A stretch of 62,896 nucleotides of DNA, counting the filler, from Vannella sp. (taxonomy: Eukaryota): the NCBI GenBank assembly GCA_023345925.1. It is 5 parts of 5 records of this genome, joined end to end, with 100 filler letters (N's around TTAATTAATTAA, not from the genome) between each part and the next. Parts side by side here need not be neighbours in the genome. Positions count along the whole stretch, not along the records: positions 1 to 13,651 come from JAJQQN010001385.1; 4 more parts are not named here. One strand, 5' to 3'. A model generated the notes under the pieces. That model saw only the letters and a list, made by a program, of their open reading frames with translations, did no database searches and was not told the origin of the DNA. This document shows, in pieces, positions 1 through 11,139 of this stretch; the stretch's first letter is position 1, and each line of letters begins with the position of its first letter. The position numbers were made by a program, and so were the translations under genes.

Positions 1-400
1 ACTCTTCAATTGCGTTTGGCGAACCGGTTCATTGCATCCTGACATCGCCACTCAGCAAGTCTCCAGGAGAGTATATTACGAACGTCAGAAACGAGAAACC
101 AAATTGCTCGCTCGATGACTGCAAAGCTTACCTTTTGAGTCTCTACCAAGTGTACTGCTGTCAACTGGGCTACTAATAAAGAAAGCCACTCCTATTGGCA
201 TTGCCTGGTTCTCCGCGAGGAGCGGACAAGCTCACACCAGCCTTCTTTGGTATCATACCCCAGAGTCTGACGCTACTCGCGCCTCTGTCCCTTAGAAGCC
301 AACAAAACTTCACGCCCACTTGCTGATTGACCAGTTGGCAATATCTTGAGCTTTCATTGGACACTTCTGAAGAGGAAAACCGGGAATCGAGTCGCACGCT

Positions 401-3400
401 TCAGACAATTGCTATTGGAAAGCAAGCCGCCAGTTTTTTGTTGATTTGGTAACGTTCCCTGCGGATGCGGACTTCGAGCGCCAACACAGAAAGGAAAATC
501 ACTAGGACGGCTCCGCCCACCATTCCTAAAGAAATCCATGCCAGAGTGTTATCGTTCACTTTGCCAGATCCACAAGGATCTTCTCCGTCACTTCCAGTGA
601 GTAGAAGAGCAAAGTTCGTGAGGTGGTCCGTTTTACCACAAAGAAGACTCTCTTCTTGAGTGCTATCATTTGGTGTGCCTTTCGAAGCAACAGTGGTAAG
701 ACACTTGTCTTCGCATCTCCATTTGTCTTTCCGCTCGTCATAGAAGCTCAGGCACACCTTTTGACCCCTCTTAGTGTTGTTGGGAAAGGTCAAACAGATG
801 GTTAGTGGCGAATCTAATTGAGTGATGGGTTCGCCTTGGCTGTCTGATAGAGTGATGCTGAGGACAGTGCTGGCCAGCACTTGCTGATTAAAAGGGTTGC
901 CGATACTTCTACTGAGGTAAGAGGTGACTAAAGTGGTGTTGGCTTGATTGCTTAAGTTGGGAGGGACAATCAGAGCTCCCACCACGCCCTCTCCAGGAGA
1001 GCCGGTGAGCTCCACCAAGCCTTTTAAGGTGAGGTTAGAGGTCTGAATTGTGGTGACAATCAAAGAAGGACTGATGAAGGGGAGAGGAGGGATAAACAAG
1101 CTCATCGACGGCGAGCCGCTTTCGAGATTATTGGACGATTCAGAAGAACGTGGCGGACTGGGCGCTTCGCTCGCCATTTGAGAAGGAGAGAAGTCTGTTG
1201 AGCTGCCGGATGTACTACTGAAGTCAGAAGAGAAGGAACTCTTCACACTCTCGCTTTCACTTGCTGATCTGGGAGAGGATGATTCCAATCCAGAGTCCGC
1301 TCCACTAACACTAGCGCGTGCGTTCAGTGCTGAAAAAGTTGGAGAGCTTGATGCGTTCTCGCTGGGACTTGAAACGAGAGTCGCTGAAATACTGGGACTT
1401 TGTCTCAGAGAAGAAGAGATCGATGTTCCCCTAGTTCCACTTGATGTAGGCGATGCTGAATTGGTAGCGCTTGCAATTAGGCGAGGAGTTCCTGATGTAG
1501 TTACACTGCAGCTTGGAGTGGGCGCTTCTGTACTGGTGGGAGAAATTGATCTCGACAAGCTTGCGTTGTCACTTAAGGTGAGTGATTCTGAACTGGCAGG
1601 ACTGAGAGAAGGAGACTCTGTTTCAGTTGCACTGCCAGTTAGAGTGAGCGCCTCTGAATTGGCTGGACTTGCACTGAGAGAAGGGGAGATCGATGCAGTC
1701 TCATTGCCCCTTGGACTGGGTGTCTCTGAACTGACGGGGCTCGCACTGAGAGAAGAGCTCAATTCAGCTGCACTATCGCTTGAACTGGGCGATTCTGAAT
1801 TGGTAGGACTTGCACTGAGAGAAGAAGAGCTTGATGCAGTTTCGGTGACACTTGAACTGGGTAGCTCTGTATCAGTGGAGCTGGCACTAAAAGAACGAGA
1901 GTTCGATGCAGTTTCACTTTCACTGGGAGATTCAGAACCAGTTGGGCTCGCGCTAAAAGTAGGTGAACTTGATGCAGTCTCACTTACACTGGGAGATTCA
2001 GAACCAGTTGGGCTTGCGCTGAAAGAAGGTGGGCTTGATGCAGTTTTACTCTCAGCGGGAGATTCAGAACCACTAGGGCTTGCACTAAGAGAAGGAGAGC
2101 TCGATGCAATGTCACTTTCACTGGGAGATTCAGAACCAGTTGGGCTTGCGCTGAAAGAAGGTGAACTCGATGCAGTTTCACTTTCACTGGGAGTTTCAGA
2201 ACCAGTTGGGCTTGTACTGAGAGAGGAAGAGCTGGACACAGTTTCAGTTTCGCTGGGAGACTCAGAACTTGAAGGGCTTGCACTGTTGGAAGGAGAGTTC
2301 GACGCAGTTTCACTTTCACTGGGAGATTCAGAACTTGTAGGGCTTGCACTGAGGGAAGGAGAGCTCGTTTCTGAACTTGTGAAGAAGCAGAGTCCATCGC
2401 AAGTTGCGAAGCTCTCACTATAGCCAGGTGGAAGTGAGCAACAGTTGAATTTTTGATTCGAGAGCTCAATGGAATAGTTCTTTGGGCGGGGATCCGGTAG
2501 TTCCCCACCAAGAAGGTTAGTCCCTCCGAGATACACATCACTTAGGGAAACCAATCCACTCCAGTACGGAAGAGTTCCGTTGATCTGGTTGTCATTCAAT
2601 CGCCTATGAATTGATAAGTGATCTCCCATGTTGTAGAAATCCACATGGCGTGCTTCTCTTCCCCATCGAGACCGAGAAAGAGGACTGGAAGTACTCACAT
2701 GGTCACTAGGTTGGCCAGATTGGGCCATTCTGGGAGAGATCCGGTTATCTGGTTGCTGAATAAGGACCTGATACCAGCTGGTCAGTGATGTATCAACGCA
2801 TCCACTCAATTCTGCTGATTCTGCTCTCCTCCTTCTTTCGGGCAGAATGGGACTGGAAGTATCAACTCACATAATCACGAGGCCCGTTGAGAAGGACCAA
2901 TCTGGAAGAGTCCCACTGATTTGGTTTGATTCCAAGTACCTGCCACCAATCGATTAGTGACTCTGCTTGGAAAGTGGCCATCAAATTCAGATCTCCCTCA
3001 GTATCCCAGTCCCAGAGGTATGAAAGTACGCACAAGATCCGCAGGTTAGTCAAAACGCTCCACTGTGCAAGAGTTCCGCTGATTTGGTTGGATGATAAGG
3101 CTCTGTAAGGTCCTGACCTGATTAGTGATCTTCTGTTTTGTGGCACTCCTAAGGACGAAGTGGTTTTGTTCTCCTTCGAGAGTAAAGGAATGACGGTACT
3201 CACACGTAATTCAGACTCGTCAGATTGGACCATTCTGGAATAGTTCCGCTAATCTGATTACTGGTCAAGACTCTGCCACCAATCAATGAGTGAACTCCCA
3301 TGTTTGCAGCGCTCATGCCCACATGATAAAGCGCCATGTTCGTTGGAAGCACTCACATGTACTGTAGTTTCGTCAGATAGGGCCAATCTGGAAGAGTCCC

Positions 3401-4622
3401 ATTGATCTGATTGTCGGTCAATTGCCTGTTACTATTTGATGAGTGATGTTCGTATACACGGTATGCCATCACCATAATGAATAGCTCCCGAGCTGCAGAG
3501 GATTCATAAGGATACTGAGCTTGGGAAACTCACATGTCCGCCAGATTTTCCAGATTGGGCCATTCGGGGAGAGTTCCGCTTATCTGGTTGATAGAAAGAA
3601 ACCTGAAATCCAATCAGTGATAGATCTACTGAACTTGTGGCGCTCAGGGTTGGTGAAGGAGAGGACCTTTCCCATTCGAGTTGAAAGGAAACTCACATTG
3701 ACACCAGAGACACCAGATTGGACCAGTCTGGAAGATTGCCGCTGATATGGTTGCTGAACAAGTTCCTGTTACCAATCGGTGAGTGGTCTTGATAGATGAG
3801 GCGATCAAGATCACATAAAGTGGCCTTCTTCCCTCTGAGATGTGCCTGTCTCTTATCCACCACATGGCTGGCATTGCCTGACAACATAGAATACTCACAT
3901 GTCAACTAGCTCCGTCAGATTGGCCCATTCTGGAAGAGTTCCGTTGATCTGATTGCTGAACAACTGCCTGGAACCAGTTGATGAGTTATATGATCATCTT
4001 AGCATATGAAGGGATGTCCTTTCCAACCCATGAGAAGACAAGAACTCACATTCTCCGTAGCTTCGTCATGTTGGGCCAATCTGGAAGACTTCCGCTGATC
4101 TGATTACCGGACAAGATCCTGCAACCTATCCATGAGTGATCTGCCATGTCTGGGGTGCCAATACACGTTGTGTAAAGAGGTTCCTCCTCCTACACAAGCG
4201 AAGGACGGAGAGTACGCACATGTCCACCAGATTCGCCAGATTGGGCCAATCGGTCAGAGTTCCGCTGATCTGGTTACCTTCCAAGGACCTGCAAGTGATC
4301 AATGAGTGAAGGGAGGAAGGAAGGCTTAATCTTACAAGGTAGAGAGCTCTGGAAGGTCCAGATCCGGGAGAGAACCAGTCAAGTTGTTGTTGGGGAGGGA
4401 CAAAGAAGCCACATTCTCATTGAGGGGGTCACAGATGACACCAAACCAGAGAGCAGTACAAGGGTCCGTTGCAACGTCCCAGTTGGAGTTGTTGAACCAG
4501 AAGGAGCCCCCAGTCGACTGGTAAAGAGCGAGTAGAGCGTCTTTTTGGTTGGAAGGAAGGGAGCAAGTAACACAGAGAGCCCCAACAAGGAAGAGAACAA
4601 GACGCACGAAGAAAGCCGACAT
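401..4622 (-). CDS. LRR / Ser-Thr-Pro mucin stalk / GAIN-GPS single-pass surface protein (12 exons, ~1059 aa)
   Basis: Exon 1 (4622-4336) encodes a signal peptide MSAFFVRLVLFLVGALCVTC and a plant-type LRR N-cap (DALLALYQSTGG..W...DPC..WFGVIC). Ten 69-nt LRR exons follow, then a last exon (2603-401) with S/T/P repeats, a GPS motif (CLSFYD..W.C..C...CGKTDHL/TNFALLL), TM LAWISLGMVGGAVLVIFLSVLAL and a short basic tail. All introns are GT-AG; the spliced length of 3180 nt is in frame. Confidence 0.9.
1560..2370 (-). repeat. 66-nt coding tandem repeat (22-aa ASSSPSFSASPTGSESPSESET-type mucin-like unit, ~12 degenerate copies)
   Basis: gattcagaacc recurs at 1929, 1995, 2061 and 2127 (period 66); the translation is S/T/P/E-rich. 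Confidence 0.9.
2699..4288 (-). repeat. Array of ten 69-nt one-LRR-per-exon cassettes
   Basis: Exons 4288-4220, 4118-4050, 3967-3899, 3765-3697, 3602-3534, 3425-3357, 3272-3204, 3102-3034, 2939-2871, 2767-2699. Each is flanked by cag| and |gtgagt or |gtgcgt; consensus xLxxNQIxGxLPxWxxLxxLxx. Confidence 0.93.
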
Positions 4623-5398
4623 GAAAGAATAAGGTTCGGCACGACCAGTCGGCGGAACGAACAGACGCTTCAAGATAAATGTGTCCCATTTTGGAAAAAA
4701 ATCAGTGAAAAAAAGAAGATTAAGAAGATTCTGGGAAGGGCACGACCGAACTGTGGGCTGTGTGTCAGCTTCACGACGGACTTCAACATTCGCTCATGAT
4801 TGATATTCCGGAGGTGTCCACAAAGAGTTGAGCGCTCTTGGTTTTGTCGGACTCTGGCACGGTGATGCCGATCCGTTGGTTTCTTTGTCGCTTTGGAGGA
4901 AGGTCTCGGGTCACGATCAATGTAGAAGCTGCTAGAACAGGGGCAGAGGACATGCTCAACAGAGTTGTTCTTAAGTAGACAATTACTTGCAGAGATAAGC
5001 CTCGAATCAGACTGAAGAGCCTGGATTGCAAAGGTGAGCTCCTCGTCAGTGTTGCATAAGTGATTGTTCAAGGCAATCGCCCATGGACGAGCTCTCTCCA
5101 TAGGATTAGGAAGTCTGGTAAGGACTTGTTGTTGGTTGTCGTAGGCTTCGAGGATTACCTCCAGGTGGTGTCAAGCTTTCCTCTGCTCCAGACCTCTTCC
5201 CCAACACAATGTGCAAGTCCCTCATTGCTTCCACAGCTTGCCCCAAGGCCGCAATCTCGAGTACAGGATAGGGAGGCAGTCCGCATCGCCCACCAGGGAC
5301 GATCAGATAAATTCTAAAACGATCTCTTTCTATATGTTCAGAGATTTCGAGAAATTAGAGTATGGAAAGGGCATAAATCGGTATTCTTTCCTCGCCTG

Positions 5399-6853
5399 AT
5401 GACTGGGCTCTCTCCAGACTGGCGGTTCTCTCAGCTCTTTGGGGAGAAAGACTCTCTTGAGGAAGTATCTGATGGTGAGTAAAGGAACATCTGCTTGAAG
5501 GTGTACTTGGCTACATCCTCGGCAGGAAGAGGTGCGAGAACATGCTAACTGTGGGTCGGGCGGGCAGTGGATATTGTCTCTGCTATCGAATTCGATGAGA
5601 CTGGAGAGTTCCTTGCTGTTGGTGACCGGGGAGGTCGCGTGGTGGTGTTTGAACAAGACTCCAGCGACTACAAGTTCTTCGCGGAGTTCCAGTCGCACGA
5701 GCCCGAGTTCGACTACCTCAAGAGTTTGGAAATTGAGGAAAAAATCAACAAAATCAAGTGGTGCAGACGCACGAACGACTCGCACTTCCTCCTCACAACG
5801 AACGGTAGGATCCCCTCACATTGTCCCTCGCACCCCGTCGCTCATGCACCATTGCAGATAAGACCATCAAGCTCTGGAAGCTCTCCCAAAAGAACATCAG
5901 ACAGGTTACTTCACGTGCGACTAAGGGACGACTTGCCTTCCCTGAGGTTTCCACTACAGAGACGATGATCGTTGCTACGCCAAAGAAGGTGTTCTCCAAT
6001 GCTCACGCTTACCACATCAACTCTATCTCTCTTAACAGTGATGGAGAGACTTACATCTCCGCGGATGACCTGCGGGTTAACCTGTGGAACACGGAGATCT
6101 CAGAGCAGAGCTTCAACATCGTGGACATCAAGCCTGCTAACATGGAGGAGCTCTCTGAGGTTATCACCTCTGCTTCGTTCCATCCTATTCATTGCAACCT
6201 GTTCATGTACAGCAGTAGCAAGGGATCAATCAAGCTGAACGATACCAGACAGAATGCTTTGTGTGACCAACACTCCAAGTACTTCGAGGAACCAGAGGAT
6301 CCAGCCACCAAATCCTTCTTCTCTGAGATCATTTCATCCATCAGTGACTGCCAGTTCAGCCGGGATGGACGTTACATCCTTTCCAGGGATTACCTCACCC
6401 TGAAGATCTGGGACATCAACATGGAGACTCAACCAGTGAAGACCATTAAGATCCACGAGCACCTTCGCTCCAAGCTGTGCGATCTCTACGAGAGCGACTT
6501 CATTTTCGACAAGTTTGAGTGCCACCTTAGTGGTGATGGAAGGTAAGCTGCCGGGTTCTTACTTTCAGAGTACTCATTCGTACAACAGCAAACTGGTTAC
6601 TGGTTCCTACCACAACGTGTTCTATTGCTACGATTGGCAAGCTGATGTGGTCACCACCATCGAAGCGAACAAGAACTACCCAACCAACAAGATCAAGACT
6701 GCTCCCTTTGCCCAAAGGAACAAGGATCTCAATGCGGAGACCATGGACTTTAACAAGAAGTGCCTCCACATGGCTTATCACCCTACTCAGGATCTCATCG
6801 CCGTTGGTGCAAGCAACAACCTCTTCCTCTACGAGGGAGCCGACGAAGAGTAG
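5399..6853 (+). CDS. CDC55: Protein phosphatase 2A regulatory subunit B55 (PPP2R2/Cdc55 family)
   Basis: [58 protein letters not shown]; introns 5475-5567, 5805-5857, 6543-6588. Confidence 0.96.
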
Positions 6854-7135
6854 GTTTCCCACATGTCAGCAATTCTTCCCACTCTTGTTACATAGCATAA
6901 ACAAGACCTTCTCCTCGAGGAATCCTTCATCGCCTGAGTACGGCCAGCAGGAGGCGAGGTGAAGCTCAAGGAACTTCCCGTTTGCTCATGAGAGCCCCAG
7001 CACGAACAGGGCTTCCTTACAGTCAATCAGGGACTTCCACTGGATGGCCAGCTCCCACACTTTTCCTTTCGATAGAACGGAACGGGGACGTTCATTTTGC
7101 GGTTGTTCATATTTTGAACATTTTGTGGTGCTCTG

Positions 7136-8678
7136 ATGAGCGAGGGGGATGCTCGAGATATCCTTTACCCAGCGCGTGAGCTGGCAAAGATAGCCAGGGA
7201 CGCTGAGTTGCAACGCCAATGGGAGGAAAGGGAGGCTCAACAATCTGAATTACAGCGTCTTCGTCAATTACAGTCAAATCGGCCCCTTCCCAGGCCTGGG
7301 GATGGAGCTGATGCCCTCCAGCGCTTTGCTTCTCTGACTGAACTCCCTGCTCGTCCCGGGGGTGCACTTCCCCGTCCTCCTCCTGCTGACTCTTCTTCCA
7401 ATCTTCCTGCAGACTTCAACCGGTCGTTCTCCTCTTTACTTAGCACAGACAATGGCCCTCCGCCGCAGTTTGCTCCTCCTTCTTATCAAGTGGGAGGTGC
7501 CCCACAAGACTACACACTACTTGATGGGAGCAGGGGCTCCCAAGGACACCTAGCAGGCTACCCAGGGGCCAATGGAGACCACACACACAGCGAGCGTGTG
7601 GATGGGCAGCACTTTGGACAGATGCCAGGTCGCCCACAGCCATCAAGTGCATACGGAAGCTCTCTTGCGGGTGATAGTGCATCCATGGACATGAACGAAC
7701 GTATCAGAAGACTGAGCACGATGTCGGACCACCAGTCTTACCAATCCAACCTCCAAGGACCCAACGAGCAAGCAGGGGATGACTATTACCAGCATATGGC
7801 AAACATGGCACCTCCCTCCTATGCTTCTGCGGCAGGGGAGCCATCCTATTACGGAACAAACGGGGCAAACGGCTCTAACTACGGGTGGAACGATGACTCC
7901 ACCTCAAATCCCAATGCAAGAGGTCTTTCCAATCAACAGGGGTACGCAGACGCGGACAAGGACGACGGCACAATGGCGTTGTATCAGGACTACAATGTGA
8001 GCGAGGGCTTTGGCGTGGGAAACGGGAACAGCCAGCTGGGTTACGACAATACCGTTCAGTATGGGCAGGTGAGTGACTCCAGAGACTCGCCAGCTCTCCT
8101 GACCCCTGTTGATGAAGGCAATGGCCTATCGGAAGAACAATTCCGCGAAGAAGAAGGCGGCCAAGATTGTGAGTTTGGCCTGTTCCGATGATGTGGCATA
8201 CTCTAACCCTCTCCAGCTTGTTCCTTTAGCTGCAGCAGGGGGTGGTATTGTAGCTGGAGCAGTTGGAGGAGCAGCTGTGGGTGCATTGGCAGGAGGGGTG
8301 GGAGCCCCAGTCGGTGCAGTCATTGGTGCGGTCATTGGAGGAACTGCTGGGGCATCCATGGGAGTAGCAGCAACCCAAAACAAAAAGTTCGATAGAGCTA
8401 TGACACCCTCCTCAAGAGGATACATCAGCGCCCGTTGCGGTTCATGCCAAGTGCCAGTGGACACTTTCCACTCTGAGCCTTTTCTGTGCCCTTCTTGCCA
8501 GAGAATGTTCTGTCGTAATGTCAGTCCAATGCCTCTCTCCGGGATATGAACTCACCAATCGTAGTGCGGTGTGACCTCTGGCAATGCCGCCACTCGTTAT
8601 TGTGCTTCTTGCTCAGGATCCCATCGATTGGGCCCCTCTCAACCCTCTCCACAAGGACGACTTGAATATTACCACTAA
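7136..8678 (+). CDS. Low-complexity N-terminus + glycine-zipper hydrophobic segment + FYVE-like Cys8 zinc finger
   Basis: ORF 7136 is joined to ORF 8109 by an intron (gtgagt..gaag, ~8070-8118) and to a last exon after 8564. Gly zipper AGAVGGAAVGALAGGVGAPVGAVIGAVIGG; Zn finger CGSC..CPSCQRMFCRNC..CASC. Confidence 0.7.
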
Positions 8679-8735
8679 TTGATTCATTTGGTACAAAATC
8701 GATTTTGGGAGAGGTTCATAGGGGAGTAGGGTGGG

Positions 8736-10116
8736 GTGCTTTATGCGAAACGGGCGCTTTATCCCAGACAAAGCCCTCGGGGTGTTCTTTCAGGTGGTGA
8801 ACTCCCTCTCGAGACTGACGAAGTCACGAACCTATTCCACACAATTCTTAATGGAAGAGAACTCGCGGCCGATTGTATGGTGTGGCACTGCCGTCGACTC
8901 TCGGTTCTATGTGGGAGTTTGCCAAGATCGGTCGAATCATTCTATGTGATTCTCACTGACCCAAAAACGTTTTTGGATTTACCAGACCATTGGACCCAAC
9001 CTCACGCGTTGGAATGACATCGCCACCTATTTCACTCAACACGCATTTTGCAGGGCATACGAATTTGGGGAGGATTATGACTCCCACATATCCCATCAGA
9101 TCCTCCTTAAAACTGCTCTTTGGATTTTCTCGCCAGCATCCAAGAAGGGAGTGCGGCTGACTACTGATCAGCGGGAGGTGAATCGGGATCTCTCTGTTCC
9201 ATTCTCAATGCTTGTAAGATGCGGACTCTTGATCCCTGTTTCTCCAACAGAGCGGTCTATTCTGCTTCCAGCCATTGTTCCATTGTTATCATCTTTCAAA
9301 CGCCTCGGCGATGCCTCATGGTCGGACTCCCTCATCAATGCCCTTATGAATATGCTAGGACTAGATGTCAATGATATTGGGGGAATTCAGTTCGAGAAAT
9401 TCCATGCCAATTGGGAATTCTTCAATCGTTGTGCTCGATTCCTCCTCTTCAAACTTTCGGAAGAATTACACCCAGAAGATATCTCTTTGTTTGATTTCTA
9501 CCATTTTGCGGAAGATTCTGCTGAGGAAAATGACTTCCTCTTTGGAGACAATCTCGCGACATGCCACAAAATGAAATCAATTCGCATCAAGTTGGCGAGA
9601 GGCTTACCCACTCTGATTGAACCGAGGGACTTTGTGGAAGGCCCGGAATCCCCTCAATTCTGTCTCTGTCCCACTGGCACGACAGCGATTGACATGATGT
9701 TCCGTTTTGTTCCATCGAGAAGACAGAAGAGTACTCCGTTTGGAGTTGGCCAACTGAAGACCAGCAAAGATTCTTCAAAAACTCAGTGGACATTCAATGA
9801 TGTAAAAACCTCCTACGAAAGTGCCCTGACCGTCGTTCCTGGCCGTGTCCCATCATTATTTCTTTGGATCACATTCCGGAACGGCCAAAGACAGACAGAG
9901 CCAAACAAAAAAGCACCCATCTTTGCGAGGAACAGAAGCCTTGTTTTCTTGGGAAAGTCGCATCTCAAAACTTTGTACGGACCTTTTGCTTCCCTCATTG
10001 AACTGAACATCCAGGAGCTTGAAGAGCGTCTGGCGATTTTGGAAGAAAAAAAAAAGCCAAAAGACTATCACCTCTCTGCTTTCGCGCCACGGGATGCAAC
10101 GAGTTGCAAACATTGA
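8736..10116 (+). pseudogene. Truncated, frameshifted Crinkler(CR)-type NTPase-helical + REase-fold gene remnant
   Basis: Frame 3 (CGSLPRSVE) shifts to frame 1 between 8950 and 9015 with no obvious intron. C-terminal FEKFHANWE..AIDMM..GQLK resembles a PD-(D/E/Q)xK fold. In-frame TAG at 8727; no N-terminal portion. Confidence 0.5.
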
Positions 10117-10760
10117 GCAATACGTTTCTGTAGCACCTGAAAGACTAATAGATCCTTAAGAGTGGAGAACAGGTCCCTTTGCCCTTCTAGATTTCTGCGG
10201 GATTCCCGGATGGCGCTCTTTTCTTCACGGATTTGATTGTACTTCCGTATCTCTCGCACCAGATCGTAAAACGGTTCTTCAACATTAATGCAGTTCTTTG
10301 TAGAGGTCTCACACATGGGGCATCCAAAGAGAGAGGCAAGTTCCTCGCCTTCGGCCGTGGTCACCTAGGCCTGTCGATCTTCTTCCAAATCACATTTGTT
10401 CCCCACCAGAATCATAGGAACTTTATCCTCAACCTTAATGAGCAGAATGTGCTGGTGGACATGCCTCATCCATTCAAAAGAGGGGCGAGACGTGACTTCG
10501 TACGTGAGGAGAAACCCTTGCTTTGGTCTGAGGTTAGATACTTTCAATAGAACCTCCCTGTCTGAGTGATTATATATATCGAGCAGATAATCCTCCTCGT
10601 CAATCGAGTGACGCATCAGAAAACAATCTTCAACGTCTCGGTCGCAATCATCCACGAAGCGGTTTACAACGAGCCGGTTTGCTGAGTTGGCCATCGCTGT
10701 TGTCTCCAAAAGGCCCCCTTCGAGGGAGAGGAGGAGCGTGTGGCTGCCCAAGGGCATCCC
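10068..10760 (-). pseudogene. Degenerate Ras-family small GTPase (frameshift + premature stop)
   Basis: Recognisable NRFVDD..ED, QGFLLTY, VPMILVGNKCDL, FGCP..ETSTK..NVEE.FYDLVREI. The P-loop relic FGDNSDG lies in another frame (+1 shift ~10689); DTAG is lost; in-frame TAG at 10365-10367. Confidence 0.8.
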
Positions 10761-11139
10761 AATAAATGACGGATGATCTAGCTGGGACCATTTAGATGTG
10801 AATTTCATTCTAAGAAGGGAGGGAAAGGGCCAGCCATGGCGAGAGGGAAGAATCATCCTCTGAATCCTCCACCAGAGGTTTGACCGAATCACATCAGTGA
10901 TCCGCTCTTGAGGGTTTCTGGAGGTGGTCATATTGTCCAGAAGTTGTCAGCGAATCAAAAGCGCCTTTGTGTTTGGTTTGTTCTCTCGATCTGTCTTGGA
11001 CTTGTTTCTCAATTCGTGCCTTCATTTTCGCCTGTCTGACTTTTTGGATCGTTTTGGAAGGGCTCTTAAAAGCACTTGCCTTCGGAATATCCATCAAAAC
11101 TCTCAGAGCATTGGAGTTTAGCATCAACGCCACACGAGT

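Noticed and set aside
1461..2541. Long antisense and alternate-frame ORFs (1461-2423 +, 1984-2541 -)
   Set aside because: Shadows of the 66-nt Ser-rich coding repeat.
2604..2809. N-terminus of the 802-aa ORF as the real start
   Set aside because: It is read-through of intron and out-of-frame LRR exon sequence; the true start is at 4622.
4670..5330. 143-aa minus ORF between the LRR gene and PP2A B55
   Set aside because: No recognisable motif or consistent splice model.
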